49,694 nt of DNA from Verrucomicrobiota bacterium. GTDB taxonomy: Bacteria > Verrucomicrobiota > Verrucomicrobiia > Opitutales > Opitutaceae. The notes below the pieces were generated by a model. The model searched no databases and was not told the DNA's origin. It worked only from the letters and a program-made list of their open reading frames with translations. Of the stretch, positions 25,849-33,948 are shown piece by piece. A program made the position numbers and the translations under genes. The DNA lies in the NCBI GenBank assembly GCA_043783345.1, contig JAYVZM010000411.1, positions 1 through 49,694 of the forward strand, read 5' to 3'. The stretch's first letter is position 1. Each line of letters opens with the position of its first letter.

Positions 25849-26616
25849 TCAAAAATGGATGACGTAGAGGTAAACGTCGGTCCGGTCGTTGACCGGGGCC
25901 GCGTAGGCAGCCGGGCCGATGTCGTTGGCCGCGCCGGCCGCCGGTTGGGAATCCGGGGTGTTCGCCGCCTTCGCGAGGGCGAGGGCAAAGGACGCGGTGA
26001 CATTCGGCAGGCGATAATAGACCACGACGCGTTGCGCAGAGAGGTCCACGGCACGGGAAAGACGAAAGTTCGCGCCCAGAGCGGCGCTGGGGGCGGTGCT
26101 GGGGTCGCTCAGGCGCGACTCGAGGCGCGGCCAGGTGACGGCGATGGGGGCAGCGGTCCAATCGGCGGCCGCGGTGGAATACTGCGCGGCCGGCGAAAAG
26201 AGAAACGTCTTCGAAGCAGTATCCCATTTGACTGCTTCGGCCCATAGCGGCTGGGAAGTCCCATAGGACGGGGGCGTAAAGCCCTCCACGATGCGATATG
26301 CGAGCATGATGGCGTCGAAGTTCGCCGCCTGGTCCTGCTTAGCGACGGAGCCGCCGGCGAGCGCGCCGGAACTCAATACGGTCCCCCCATTACCGGCCCG
26401 CGTTACGGGCAGCGGCTCAGGCAGGGTGCGGGCGTTCACAGCGTCGCGAATGAAGAGGCCATGTTCGCGGGCCCGCCGCAGAAGCGCGCCGGCGCGCGCT
26501 CGTTCGGAGGCCGCGCCGAAAGCGGCTATGAGGGTGCCGAGGATCGCGGTCACAATGGCGGCCGCGATCAGTATCTCGGTGAGCGTGAAAGCCCGGGTGC
26601 TGCGGAAGGTTTTCAT
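25849..26616 (-). CDS. Type IV pilin (paralogue)
   Basis: MKTFRSTRA|FTLTEILIAAAIV, 255 aa. Shares R.E.R.S...P.SA.GANF with its neighbour. Confidence 0.85.
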   Translation of the reverse strand: MKTFRSTRAFTLTEILIAAAIVTAILGTLIAAFGAASERARAGALLRRAREHGLFIRDAVNARTLPEPLPVTRAGNGGTVLSSGALAGGSVAKQDQAANFDAIMLAYRIVEGFTPPSYGTSQPLWAEAVKWDTASKTFLFSPAAQYSTAAADWTAAPIAVTWPRLESRLSDPSTAPSAALGANFRLSRAVDLSAQRVVVYYRLPNVTASFALALAKAANTPDSQPAAGAANDIGPAAYAAPVNDRTDVYLYVIHF

Positions 26617-28274
26617 AGCAGGTTGGCAAAAACGTCCTCGATCGTTGTCAGGCCGGCCGCCGCCTTGCGGAGGCCGTCGTCGCGCAGCGTGCGCGCGCCG
26701 TGTTGTTCGATCAGCCGGGCGCGGCACACGGCTTCGCTGGCGCCGGAGGTGACGAGTTCGGCGATGGCATCGAAGCGGAAGATTTCAAAAACACCGATCC
26801 GGCCTTTTTTGCCGCGGCGACACTCCGGGCAGCCCTTCACGTTGGCGCGATATAGCTGCGTCCCGGCGGGGAGCTGGTAGCGATCGCACAGCGCGGAGCT
26901 CTGCGGGTGGGGTTCACGGCAATGCGGGCAGAGGCGCGGCACGAGGCGTTGCCCAATCGAGGCCTTCACGGCGCTTGCGACGAGAAAAGGATCTATGTGC
27001 GATTTCCACCCGAGGAACCGGGAGAGGACGCCGGTGGCGTCGTTGGTGTGGAGTGTCGAGAACACCAGGTGCCCGGTGAGGGCGGCGCTCAGCGCCAGCG
27101 CGCCGGTCGCCACGTCGCGGGTCTCGCCCACCAGGATGACATCCGGGTCGTGCCGCATGAAATTGCGGAGAATATTGTCGAAGCTAAGCGAGGTTAGTTC
27201 GTTCCGGATGCGCTCGTTGATTGAAACCTGCGTGTAGTCGGGAATCGTGTATTCCACCGGCTCCTCGGCGGTGAGGATCTTCAAATCCCGGACGGGCAGC
27301 GTCGCAAGGGCGCTATACATGAGCGTCGTTTTGCCGGAGCCGGTCGGGCCGGTGCAGTAGATCAGGCCATAAGGCAGGGCGAGGATGTCGCGCAGCTGCG
27401 CGATATGCTCGTCCCACATACCGAGCTCGGCGAAACTGAGAATGTTCGCCGTCTGGTCCTGGATGCGAATGACGGCATTCTCGGCGACCTGGGCCGGAAG
27501 CGTGCTGACGCGGAAGGTGTATTTCCGGGAACCGAACTCCTCGGAGAACTGGCCGTCTTGCGGCAGGCGGCGCTCAGAGATATTGAGGCGGGCGGCGGTC
27601 TTCACCGCCTGCACGAGCGAATTATTCTCGTCCCGGGCGATGTAGTTGTGGTCGGAGATCTCACCGTCGACGCGCAACCGGATCCGAACGTTGTTCGGCA
27701 TGTTCTCGATGTGGATGTCGCTCGCCCGTTCCTGCACGGCCACCCGGATGAGTGCGTGCAGGTAGTCGTTGTTATTTTCGATCGTGAGGAGTTCCCGGTG
27801 GGCCTCGTCGATCGCAGCTAGGATGTCCTTCTTCGCCGCGACGCGGAAATTGACGTGCCGGCCGGGGAAATCGCGGGTCGCGTCCGTGAGGGTGTAGGTC
27901 GCCGGATTCGCAACGGCGATTTCAACACTTTGGCGCGTGGCCTTAAACGGGAGGATGACGTGTTGAACTGCAGCGGGACGCGACAGCAGGCGCGCGGCCG
28001 CGCGGTCCACCACGGCCGGGGTGAGGTCCACGAGCGCGAGCTTGTGGCGCTTGGCGAAGTGCTCGGCGATGCGGCGCGGGGTCACCATCGCCAGGTGCTC
28101 GAGCATGTCGGCAAGTGTCCCCTGCTGGTGCTGGCGGAGCTGCGCGAGCGCGGTTTCGAGCTGGGCCGGGGTCAGGCTGCCCTCTTCGACCAGCGCGGTT
28201 CCGAGCCACAACGCCCCGGCAACGCCGTTGCCGGCGGCCGGGCTGTTCTTCGTCGGGTTTTGCGTTTGCAGCAT
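26613..28274 (-). CDS. pilB: PilB/GspE-type pilus assembly ATPase
   Basis: ASDIHIE, R.RVDG, ERRLPQDG, GPTGSGKTT, EEPVEY, RHDPDVILVGETRD, TGHLVFSTLHTN, Cys metal site CPHC...GCPEC, GRIGVFE. ATG 28274. Confidence 0.93.
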   Translation of the reverse strand: MLQTQNPTKNSPAAGNGVAGALWLGTALVEEGSLTPAQLETALAQLRQHQQGTLADMLEHLAMVTPRRIAEHFAKRHKLALVDLTPAVVDRAAARLLSRPAAVQHVILPFKATRQSVEIAVANPATYTLTDATRDFPGRHVNFRVAAKKDILAAIDEAHRELLTIENNNDYLHALIRVAVQERASDIHIENMPNNVRIRLRVDGEISDHNYIARDENNSLVQAVKTAARLNISERRLPQDGQFSEEFGSRKYTFRVSTLPAQVAENAVIRIQDQTANILSFAELGMWDEHIAQLRDILALPYGLIYCTGPTGSGKTTLMYSALATLPVRDLKILTAEEPVEYTIPDYTQVSINERIRNELTSLSFDNILRNFMRHDPDVILVGETRDVATGALALSAALTGHLVFSTLHTNDATGVLSRFLGWKSHIDPFLVASAVKASIGQRLVPRLCPHCREPHPQSSALCDRYQLPAGTQLYRANVKGCPECRRGKKGRIGVFEIFRFDAIAELVTSGASEAVCRARLIEQHGARTLRDDGLRKAAAGLTTIEDVFANLL

Positions 28275-28284
28275 GGCGGGTTCG

Positions 28285-29838
28285 TCAGCGGACGGCAACG
28301 GGAGCGATGGCGGCCGGAGGCACGGCCGCGACGCGGGCGGCCCCGGCGCTCGGCGAGTGGATTCGCGCGGTGATGATGATGACAAGCTCGCTACGCTGCG
28401 TTGTGCGGGCGTCGGTCCGGAAAAGTGCGCCGATAAACGGGATTTTCGCTAAACCAGGCGCGCCGCGCGTGGCGGTGCCCACGGTCGAATTGGCGAGGCC
28501 GGCCAGAATCGTGGTGTCACCACTCTTGAGGCTGAGTCGGGTGCCCGCGCGCTGCACGTCGGTGACGGCCGCCTGCTGGCGGTTGTCGGGACTCTTGTCG
28601 ACGCGGACGAGGTTCGAGCGCTCGGGTTTGACATCGAGGATGGTGTCGTAAGGCGTCGGGATGGAGGCGGTGACGGAAAAGATCGTCCCAAAGGTCAGTG
28701 TCTCCTTCGTGTAAACGGCGTTCTCGGTGGTGGTCGTCCCGGTGGTCGTGTTGCCGGTGGTCTGGGTTGCGCTGAGGGTGAAGAAGCCCTGCTCGCGGCC
28801 AACTACGAGGTAAGCCGTCTGGTTGTTCATAACGCGCACCTGGGGTTTTGCGATCGTGCGGACCTCGGCCTGTTCGCTGAGCGCGTTGATGAACGCGGTG
28901 ATTTTGCCGGCGGAGATTTTGGCCGTCAGGGTATTGGCCGGAAGGGTGCTTGGCCCGATCGACGTAATGTCCGTCGCAAGGCTCGCCGCCTGCAGGGTGA
29001 TGTCGCCGAGCTTCGCGGTTATTGCGGAGTAATCGACCCCGAGTTTGTGGTCGTCGTTTGTCGTCACCTCGAGGATTTGGGCGTCGATGTCCACCTGTCG
29101 GCCGACTTTCTCGTTCGTTTGCGCCACATAGGGAGCATAGTGTTCGCGGTGGCGCTTAGGGGAGGCGGTCACGATAAGGAGGCCGCTATTCGGGTTTATC
29201 GTGAAGTGCTCTGAGGCCCGCGCGGTGCTTTTCAGGTCGGCTGCGATGTCCTGCCAGAAGTCCGCCTCGTTCTTTTCGGAAATCGAAATGTTGCTCTGGC
29301 CGCCGGTCTGGCTGTTGCCCGATATGCCGTTGCCGGTCGTCAGGTTTTGCTGGTTCGTCCCGCCGTTTTGATTCTGGCTGTTGAGGCTGCCGCTTGAGCT
29401 GCTGGAAAGCGCGATGCTGGTCTGGCTCGAGCTGGTGCGGGTGTTCGGCGAGGCGAGGAATTCGTAGAATACCTCTTGCTGCGCCTTGATGTAGACGTGG
29501 CCGCCTGTCTCTTCGTAGAAGAGGTCCAGCGGCTGCACGATGGCATCCAGGATGCTGCGGACGGTGCCGCCGGCGGGCAGATCGCGATTGATTTCTCCGG
29601 TGATCGCCGGATCAACGATGAAGGGAATGCCGTAGGTGCGGCCGAGGAGGAAGAACGCTTGTTCGAGCGGCTGCTTGGCCACGTTGTAGGCGTGCGCCGG
29701 TTGATCGAGGAGCGACGGCGGCGGCGGGGGGGGAGCGACCGCCAGCTCCGGGGGCGGCGTGGGAGTTTGCGCGTCTTGCCCCTGGGCAAGGCGGCCCAGG
29801 AGGGCGAAGGCGAGGAGGAGCTTAATTTTTGATTTCAT
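28285..29838 (-). CDS. Secretin (PilQ/GspD/MshL-like)
   Basis: Signal peptide from ATG 29838, S/G/N-rich insert, QVDIDAQILEV, NNQTA, GDT.ILAGL, PGLAKIPFIGALF, SELVIIITARI. Confidence 0.9.
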   Translation of the reverse strand: MKSKIKLLLAFALLGRLAQGQDAQTPTPPPELAVAPPPPPPSLLDQPAHAYNVAKQPLEQAFFLLGRTYGIPFIVDPAITGEINRDLPAGGTVRSILDAIVQPLDLFYEETGGHVYIKAQQEVFYEFLASPNTRTSSSQTSIALSSSSSGSLNSQNQNGGTNQQNLTTGNGISGNSQTGGQSNISISEKNEADFWQDIAADLKSTARASEHFTINPNSGLLIVTASPKRHREHYAPYVAQTNEKVGRQVDIDAQILEVTTNDDHKLGVDYSAITAKLGDITLQAASLATDITSIGPSTLPANTLTAKISAGKITAFINALSEQAEVRTIAKPQVRVMNNQTAYLVVGREQGFFTLSATQTTGNTTTGTTTTENAVYTKETLTFGTIFSVTASIPTPYDTILDVKPERSNLVRVDKSPDNRQQAAVTDVQRAGTRLSLKSGDTTILAGLANSTVGTATRGAPGLAKIPFIGALFRTDARTTQRSELVIIITARIHSPSAGAARVAAVPPAAIAPVAVR

Positions 29839-30853
29839 CGGGACGGGAGTGGTGGTTGCGGGCTTCTTCGGAAGTGATGAGGCGGCGGCCGAGCAGACGT
29901 TCAATGTGTTCATCGAAGGTCTGCATTCCGGCCATGCGGCCGGCGGCAAGGACGCCGGCGAGCTGGTGGAGTTTGTTTTCGCGAATCGTGACGCGGGCGC
30001 CGTTCGTCGCGGTAAGGAGTTCGAAAATCGCAGTCCGTTTGCCGTCGACGGTGTTAACGAGGCGCTGCGCGAGGACCGCGCGCAGGCAACCGTCAATCAT
30101 GGCGCACACCGTTTGCCGTTCACTGCCCGGAAAGATGCTGATCATGCGGTCCAAGATCGTCGTCGCGTCGCCGCCGTGCACGGTGGCGAAGACCTGGTGA
30201 CCGGTGTTTGCCGCGATGAGCGCGGTGAAGATCGTCTCCGGGTCGCGCAGTTCGCCAAGAGCGATTACGTCCGGGTCTTTGCGGAGCGCGTCTTTGAGGG
30301 CATCTGTCCAGGAAGTGAAGTCGTGCCCGTAGGCGAGCTGGTAGACGACGGATGACTCGCGGGCGGTGTGCACGAACTCGATCGGGTTTTCGGCCGTGAC
30401 GATCACGGCGGAACCGTTGCGGTTGATGCGATCCAGCGTGGCCGCGAGCGTCGTGCTTTTACCTGAGCCGGTCGCTCCGCCAATCAGGAAGAGGCCTTGC
30501 GGTTTCTGCATCGCCGAGACGAAGGTCGGCGGGAGTCCGTGGATGGATTCGAGCGTCGGCGGTGTGACCGGGATGTGTCGGAGGACGATCGCACGGCGCC
30601 CGCGCGTGGTGAAGCGGTGGAGCCGGAAGCGCCGCCGGGCGCCACTGACTACGATATCGAGTTCGTCGTCAGCGGCGGGAGCCTGCTTTTCCAGTTCGGC
30701 GAGGATCTCCTCGGTGACCCGGACATCCTCCACAGATCGCAAGCGGCCCTCAACGCGCACCCGCAACGCGGAGCCTGGCGTCAGGTGCCAGTCTGACGGC
30801 AGCTCGTTGGCGAGCGTGGCGGCGAGCCAGGGAAAGGACGTGGGGGTGGGCAT
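29822..30853 (-). CDS. pilT: PilT/PilU-family ATPase
   Basis: GATGSGKSTTLA, ENPIEFVH, ALRKDPDVIALGELRD, TGHQVFATVH, GMQTFD. The AIRNLIRE motif is diverged to GARVTIRE. Confidence 0.85.
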   Translation of the reverse strand: MPTPTSFPWLAATLANELPSDWHLTPGSALRVRVEGRLRSVEDVRVTEEILAELEKQAPAADDELDIVVSGARRRFRLHRFTTRGRRAIVLRHIPVTPPTLESIHGLPPTFVSAMQKPQGLFLIGGATGSGKSTTLAATLDRINRNGSAVIVTAENPIEFVHTARESSVVYQLAYGHDFTSWTDALKDALRKDPDVIALGELRDPETIFTALIAANTGHQVFATVHGGDATTILDRMISIFPGSERQTVCAMIDGCLRAVLAQRLVNTVDGKRTAIFELLTATNGARVTIRENKLHQLAGVLAAGRMAGMQTFDEHIERLLGRRLITSEEARNHHSRPDEIKN

Positions 30854-33800
30854 CAGGGTCGGTCGCGGACCATGTTCGAACCGGGCTTCTGCTTGTCGCC
30901 GAGTTCGTCCGGCTGTTCCGACTGTTTGAAGCGGGCGGCCAGGAAGGTCGTTATGGAGCGGACGACGGCAGGTGCGGCCGCGTAGGTCGCGTCGCCGTCC
31001 TGGTCAGCTTGGACAGTCACGGCGCCAGCGCCGGTGAAGTTCAATGTCGCGCCGCCAAGAGAGGCGGGGCCCCCAACGAGTGTGAAGCGCACGGGGAGGC
31101 CGCTGGTCGAGGTAGCCGAAAGCACGAGGCTTCCCGACCCGTCTCCGTTGAGGCGGAGCGTCGCCGGCGGATTGAAGGAAATCGTCTGCGCGATCTTGGC
31201 CGCGAATAGACCCGTGATGGTCTTGTTGGCGTCCATCGTGACGAGGAGCGGATTGGAGAGGCCGGAGGCGTCGCCGGTCCACCCAATGAAGCGGCCGGTC
31301 GGCTGGGGGGTGGCGGTGATCGTGACGCCGTTGCCGGCGTTGTAGGTGCCCCCAGGCGTGACGCTGCCCGGGCCGCTGGCGCTCGTGGTGAGCGTGTAGG
31401 TGACCTGGACGATGTTCCACGCGACAGGGCCCGCGGAGCCACTGTAGTTGCCGGTGCCGGTGACACTCACCGAGTAACTGCCGACGGCCGTTGCTGAGGC
31501 GGTGCCCGACGTGCTGTAGGTGGCGCCACCGACGCTGGGCGTGACCGTGGGGCCATGCGCCGCACCGTCGTAGTTGAACGAGGTCGGCGAGACGGTAAAG
31601 GTCACGCTGGCGGCCGTGATGGCATAGGATCCGTTCTTGGTGACGGTGTAGTTGCTGCTGCGGTCGCCGCCGCCGCCGGCGGTAATGGCAACGGTCTGGA
31701 GACCAGGGTAGCTGCCCACGTTCGCGCTGCTCGTGTTCGCGAAGCCATAGCCGATCGAGTCACCGCCGGCGAGTGTGCCAGAGGTGATCGAAGCCGCTGC
31801 GCCGGTCGGCGCGGTGGTGCCGTTGTAGGTCTTGCTTCCGGTCAGCGTGACAATCAGCGGCCGCGTGTTGAAGGTGACGGTGTAGGTCGGCGAATACGCG
31901 GAGTTGTTGTAGGTCGTATCGCCGGCACGATAGGCGCGTAAGAGAACCGTTCCGACGCTCGAGGCAGTGACTACGCCCGACGAACTGACGGCGCCGGCGC
32001 TGGCGCTGCCGCCGGCGACGAGTTCGAAAACGTAACTACCCGAGCCATTGCCGCCGGTGGCGGACGCGGTAAACGAGTCACCATAGAGGGCAGTGCCGCC
32101 CGCGCTTGTGACGGCTGTGGATTGCGTTGCTTTCGTGATGGTGATGGCCTGATTTGGTGCATCCGTGCGCGCGCCGCTGGCGTCCACGGCCGCCAGGGCG
32201 AACGTGTAGGAGCCCGCCCCGTCAGTAGCCGTGAAACCAAAGGTGTGCGTCAGCGTGCCTGCGGACGCCGCGGAAGTGTTCGCGGGGGTGAGTGCCCCCG
32301 AGACGACAACGGAGTTGTCGGCGCGAATCGTGAGCCAACCGCGGTTCGGCGTCGCGATCCACAGGTTGGAATACGAGTAGTTGGCGTCCGCGTCGTTGAC
32401 GGTCATCGTGACCGTGATTGTCTGGCCAAGCGTCCGCTCAGCCGAGAGCGAGAACGACGCTGTGGGCGCGCGATTCGTGGGGTAGTAGTTGCCGGAGTAA
32501 AGCCAGCCAGTCGCGGCGCCGGCGGAGTCGTAGGCCTGGGCGCGGAAAGTATAATAATTTCCCGGCTTGATTCCGACAGCGAACGCGGTCGCCGGCGAGA
32601 CGGAGGAGCCGGTCGCGCCAAACGAAGTATCAGTGTAGGCCTGCCAGGCGCCGCCGTTCGTCGAGTATTCGACGACAATTCGGGTGAGGTTGCCGTCGGC
32701 GTCGGACGCGGACGCGCGCGCGTATTCGGTGCCACCATAATAGAATGAGGTCGGGATGTCATACCATGCGATCGTCGGAGCTTGGTTTGCCTGGGTGACC
32801 GTGATCGTCGCGAGCGCGACGTTGGAGGCATACCAGTTGCCGTCTCCCGCGTCCTGGACGCTGACGGAGTAGGTGCCCGTCGAGTTGAAAGTTACTAACT
32901 TAGTAGCACCTGAGCCCGAAGCAGAACCGCCCCAGGAGTAATTGCCCGTCGAGCCGCCGGCCGCGCTGAACGTGATCGACTGGCCGGTGGTGATGCTCGC
33001 GCTGCCCGGGTTGATCGAGACGGAGCCTTGGCTGGCGGGGTTTATTGTCCACGAAAGATTCGAGCTGCCGGTGTGGTTGCCGTCGGTCGTATAGACGTTC
33101 ATCGCGTAGCTGCCGGCGTTGACGGCGCCCGTGGTTCCGCCGGTGCCGTAGCTGAGTCCGTTCGTGTCGCCGGAAGCGCCGACGCCAGGCGCTTGATATC
33201 CTCCGTTGTAGGTGAATGCGGTTTGAGTGAGATAAAACCCTACTGAGGCGGGATTGATCGTGTAGTCGGCCGAGCCGAAGCCCGCATAGCCATTGTTGCC
33301 GTTATACTCGACGTGGTAGTTGGTGCCTGCATTAGTCGCAGAGGACGTGCCGGTCGTGCTATAGCTGGCCTCGGCAGGTGAGGGATTTGGGTTCGGGCCT
33401 TGTGCGCCGCCATTGTAGGTGAACGAGAGGGGAGACGGGCTGAAAGAAACCGGTATCGCGGGCGGCGGTGGTCCACTGCTTGCGCCAAGATTCACGTTGG
33501 TCGAAGTCCAAATCGTTGTCGCCACAAGCGAGTTGTTCCACTGTGCGCGATCGTAGAGTCGGACAGTGTAAGAGCCGGCAGCTAGTCCCGCGACGTTCCA
33601 GGTTGCCGAAAGCTGGCCTTCGGCGCAGGTTCCTTGCGTCGCGTAGCGGGTCACTGAATACCCGAGGTTGGAGAAATTTGCGGACGATGATTGCAGAGAC
33701 GGGCCGGTGTTTCGGAAAATATTACCGCTCACCCAGGCGATGACGTTGCCGCCTCCGTCAACAAGTTCAATGCGGCCAGGTGCGCTGTTATACGGGTCGT

Positions 33801-33948
33801 CATCGGAGGTCCACTCGAAGGAGAACACCAGGTTGTAGGACGAAGCGGGAACCGTGATGGTTTCCGTTCGGTATGAGCTTGTCAGACCCGCCCGCGCCAG
33901 CGTGGCGACGAGGGCAAGGGAGAGTAGAGCGGTAGTTATTGCTTTCAT
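30853..33948 (-). CDS. Large secreted adhesin-like protein with Ig-like/MBG-type repeats
   Basis: 1031 aa from ATG 33948 with a signal peptide; Thr/Ser/Gly-rich. Repeated [FS]TYNG...NAG.Y units, NQAPT/NRAPT Ig starts, an InlB-B-like repeat (F.GW.GD...VTMDANKTI) and a QTISF repeat. Confidence 0.82.
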   Translation of the reverse strand: MKAITTALLSLALVATLARAGLTSSYRTETITVPASSYNLVFSFEWTSDDDPYNSAPGRIELVDGGGNVIAWVSGNIFRNTGPSLQSSSANFSNLGYSVTRYATQGTCAEGQLSATWNVAGLAAGSYTVRLYDRAQWNNSLVATTIWTSTNVNLGASSGPPPPAIPVSFSPSPLSFTYNGGAQGPNPNPSPAEASYSTTGTSSATNAGTNYHVEYNGNNGYAGFGSADYTINPASVGFYLTQTAFTYNGGYQAPGVGASGDTNGLSYGTGGTTGAVNAGSYAMNVYTTDGNHTGSSNLSWTINPASQGSVSINPGSASITTGQSITFSAAGGSTGNYSWGGSASGSGATKLVTFNSTGTYSVSVQDAGDGNWYASNVALATITVTQANQAPTIAWYDIPTSFYYGGTEYARASASDADGNLTRIVVEYSTNGGAWQAYTDTSFGATGSSVSPATAFAVGIKPGNYYTFRAQAYDSAGAATGWLYSGNYYPTNRAPTASFSLSAERTLGQTITVTMTVNDADANYSYSNLWIATPNRGWLTIRADNSVVVSGALTPANTSAASAGTLTHTFGFTATDGAGSYTFALAAVDASGARTDAPNQAITITKATQSTAVTSAGGTALYGDSFTASATGGNGSGSYVFELVAGGSASAGAVSSSGVVTASSVGTVLLRAYRAGDTTYNNSAYSPTYTVTFNTRPLIVTLTGSKTYNGTTAPTGAAASITSGTLAGGDSIGYGFANTSSANVGSYPGLQTVAITAGGGGDRSSNYTVTKNGSYAITAASVTFTVSPTSFNYDGAAHGPTVTPSVGGATYSTSGTASATAVGSYSVSVTGTGNYSGSAGPVAWNIVQVTYTLTTSASGPGSVTPGGTYNAGNGVTITATPQPTGRFIGWTGDASGLSNPLLVTMDANKTITGLFAAKIAQTISFNPPATLRLNGDGSGSLVLSATSTSGLPVRFTLVGGPASLGGATLNFTGAGAVTVQADQDGDATYAAAPAVVRSITTFLAARFKQSEQPDELGDKQKPGSNMVRDRP

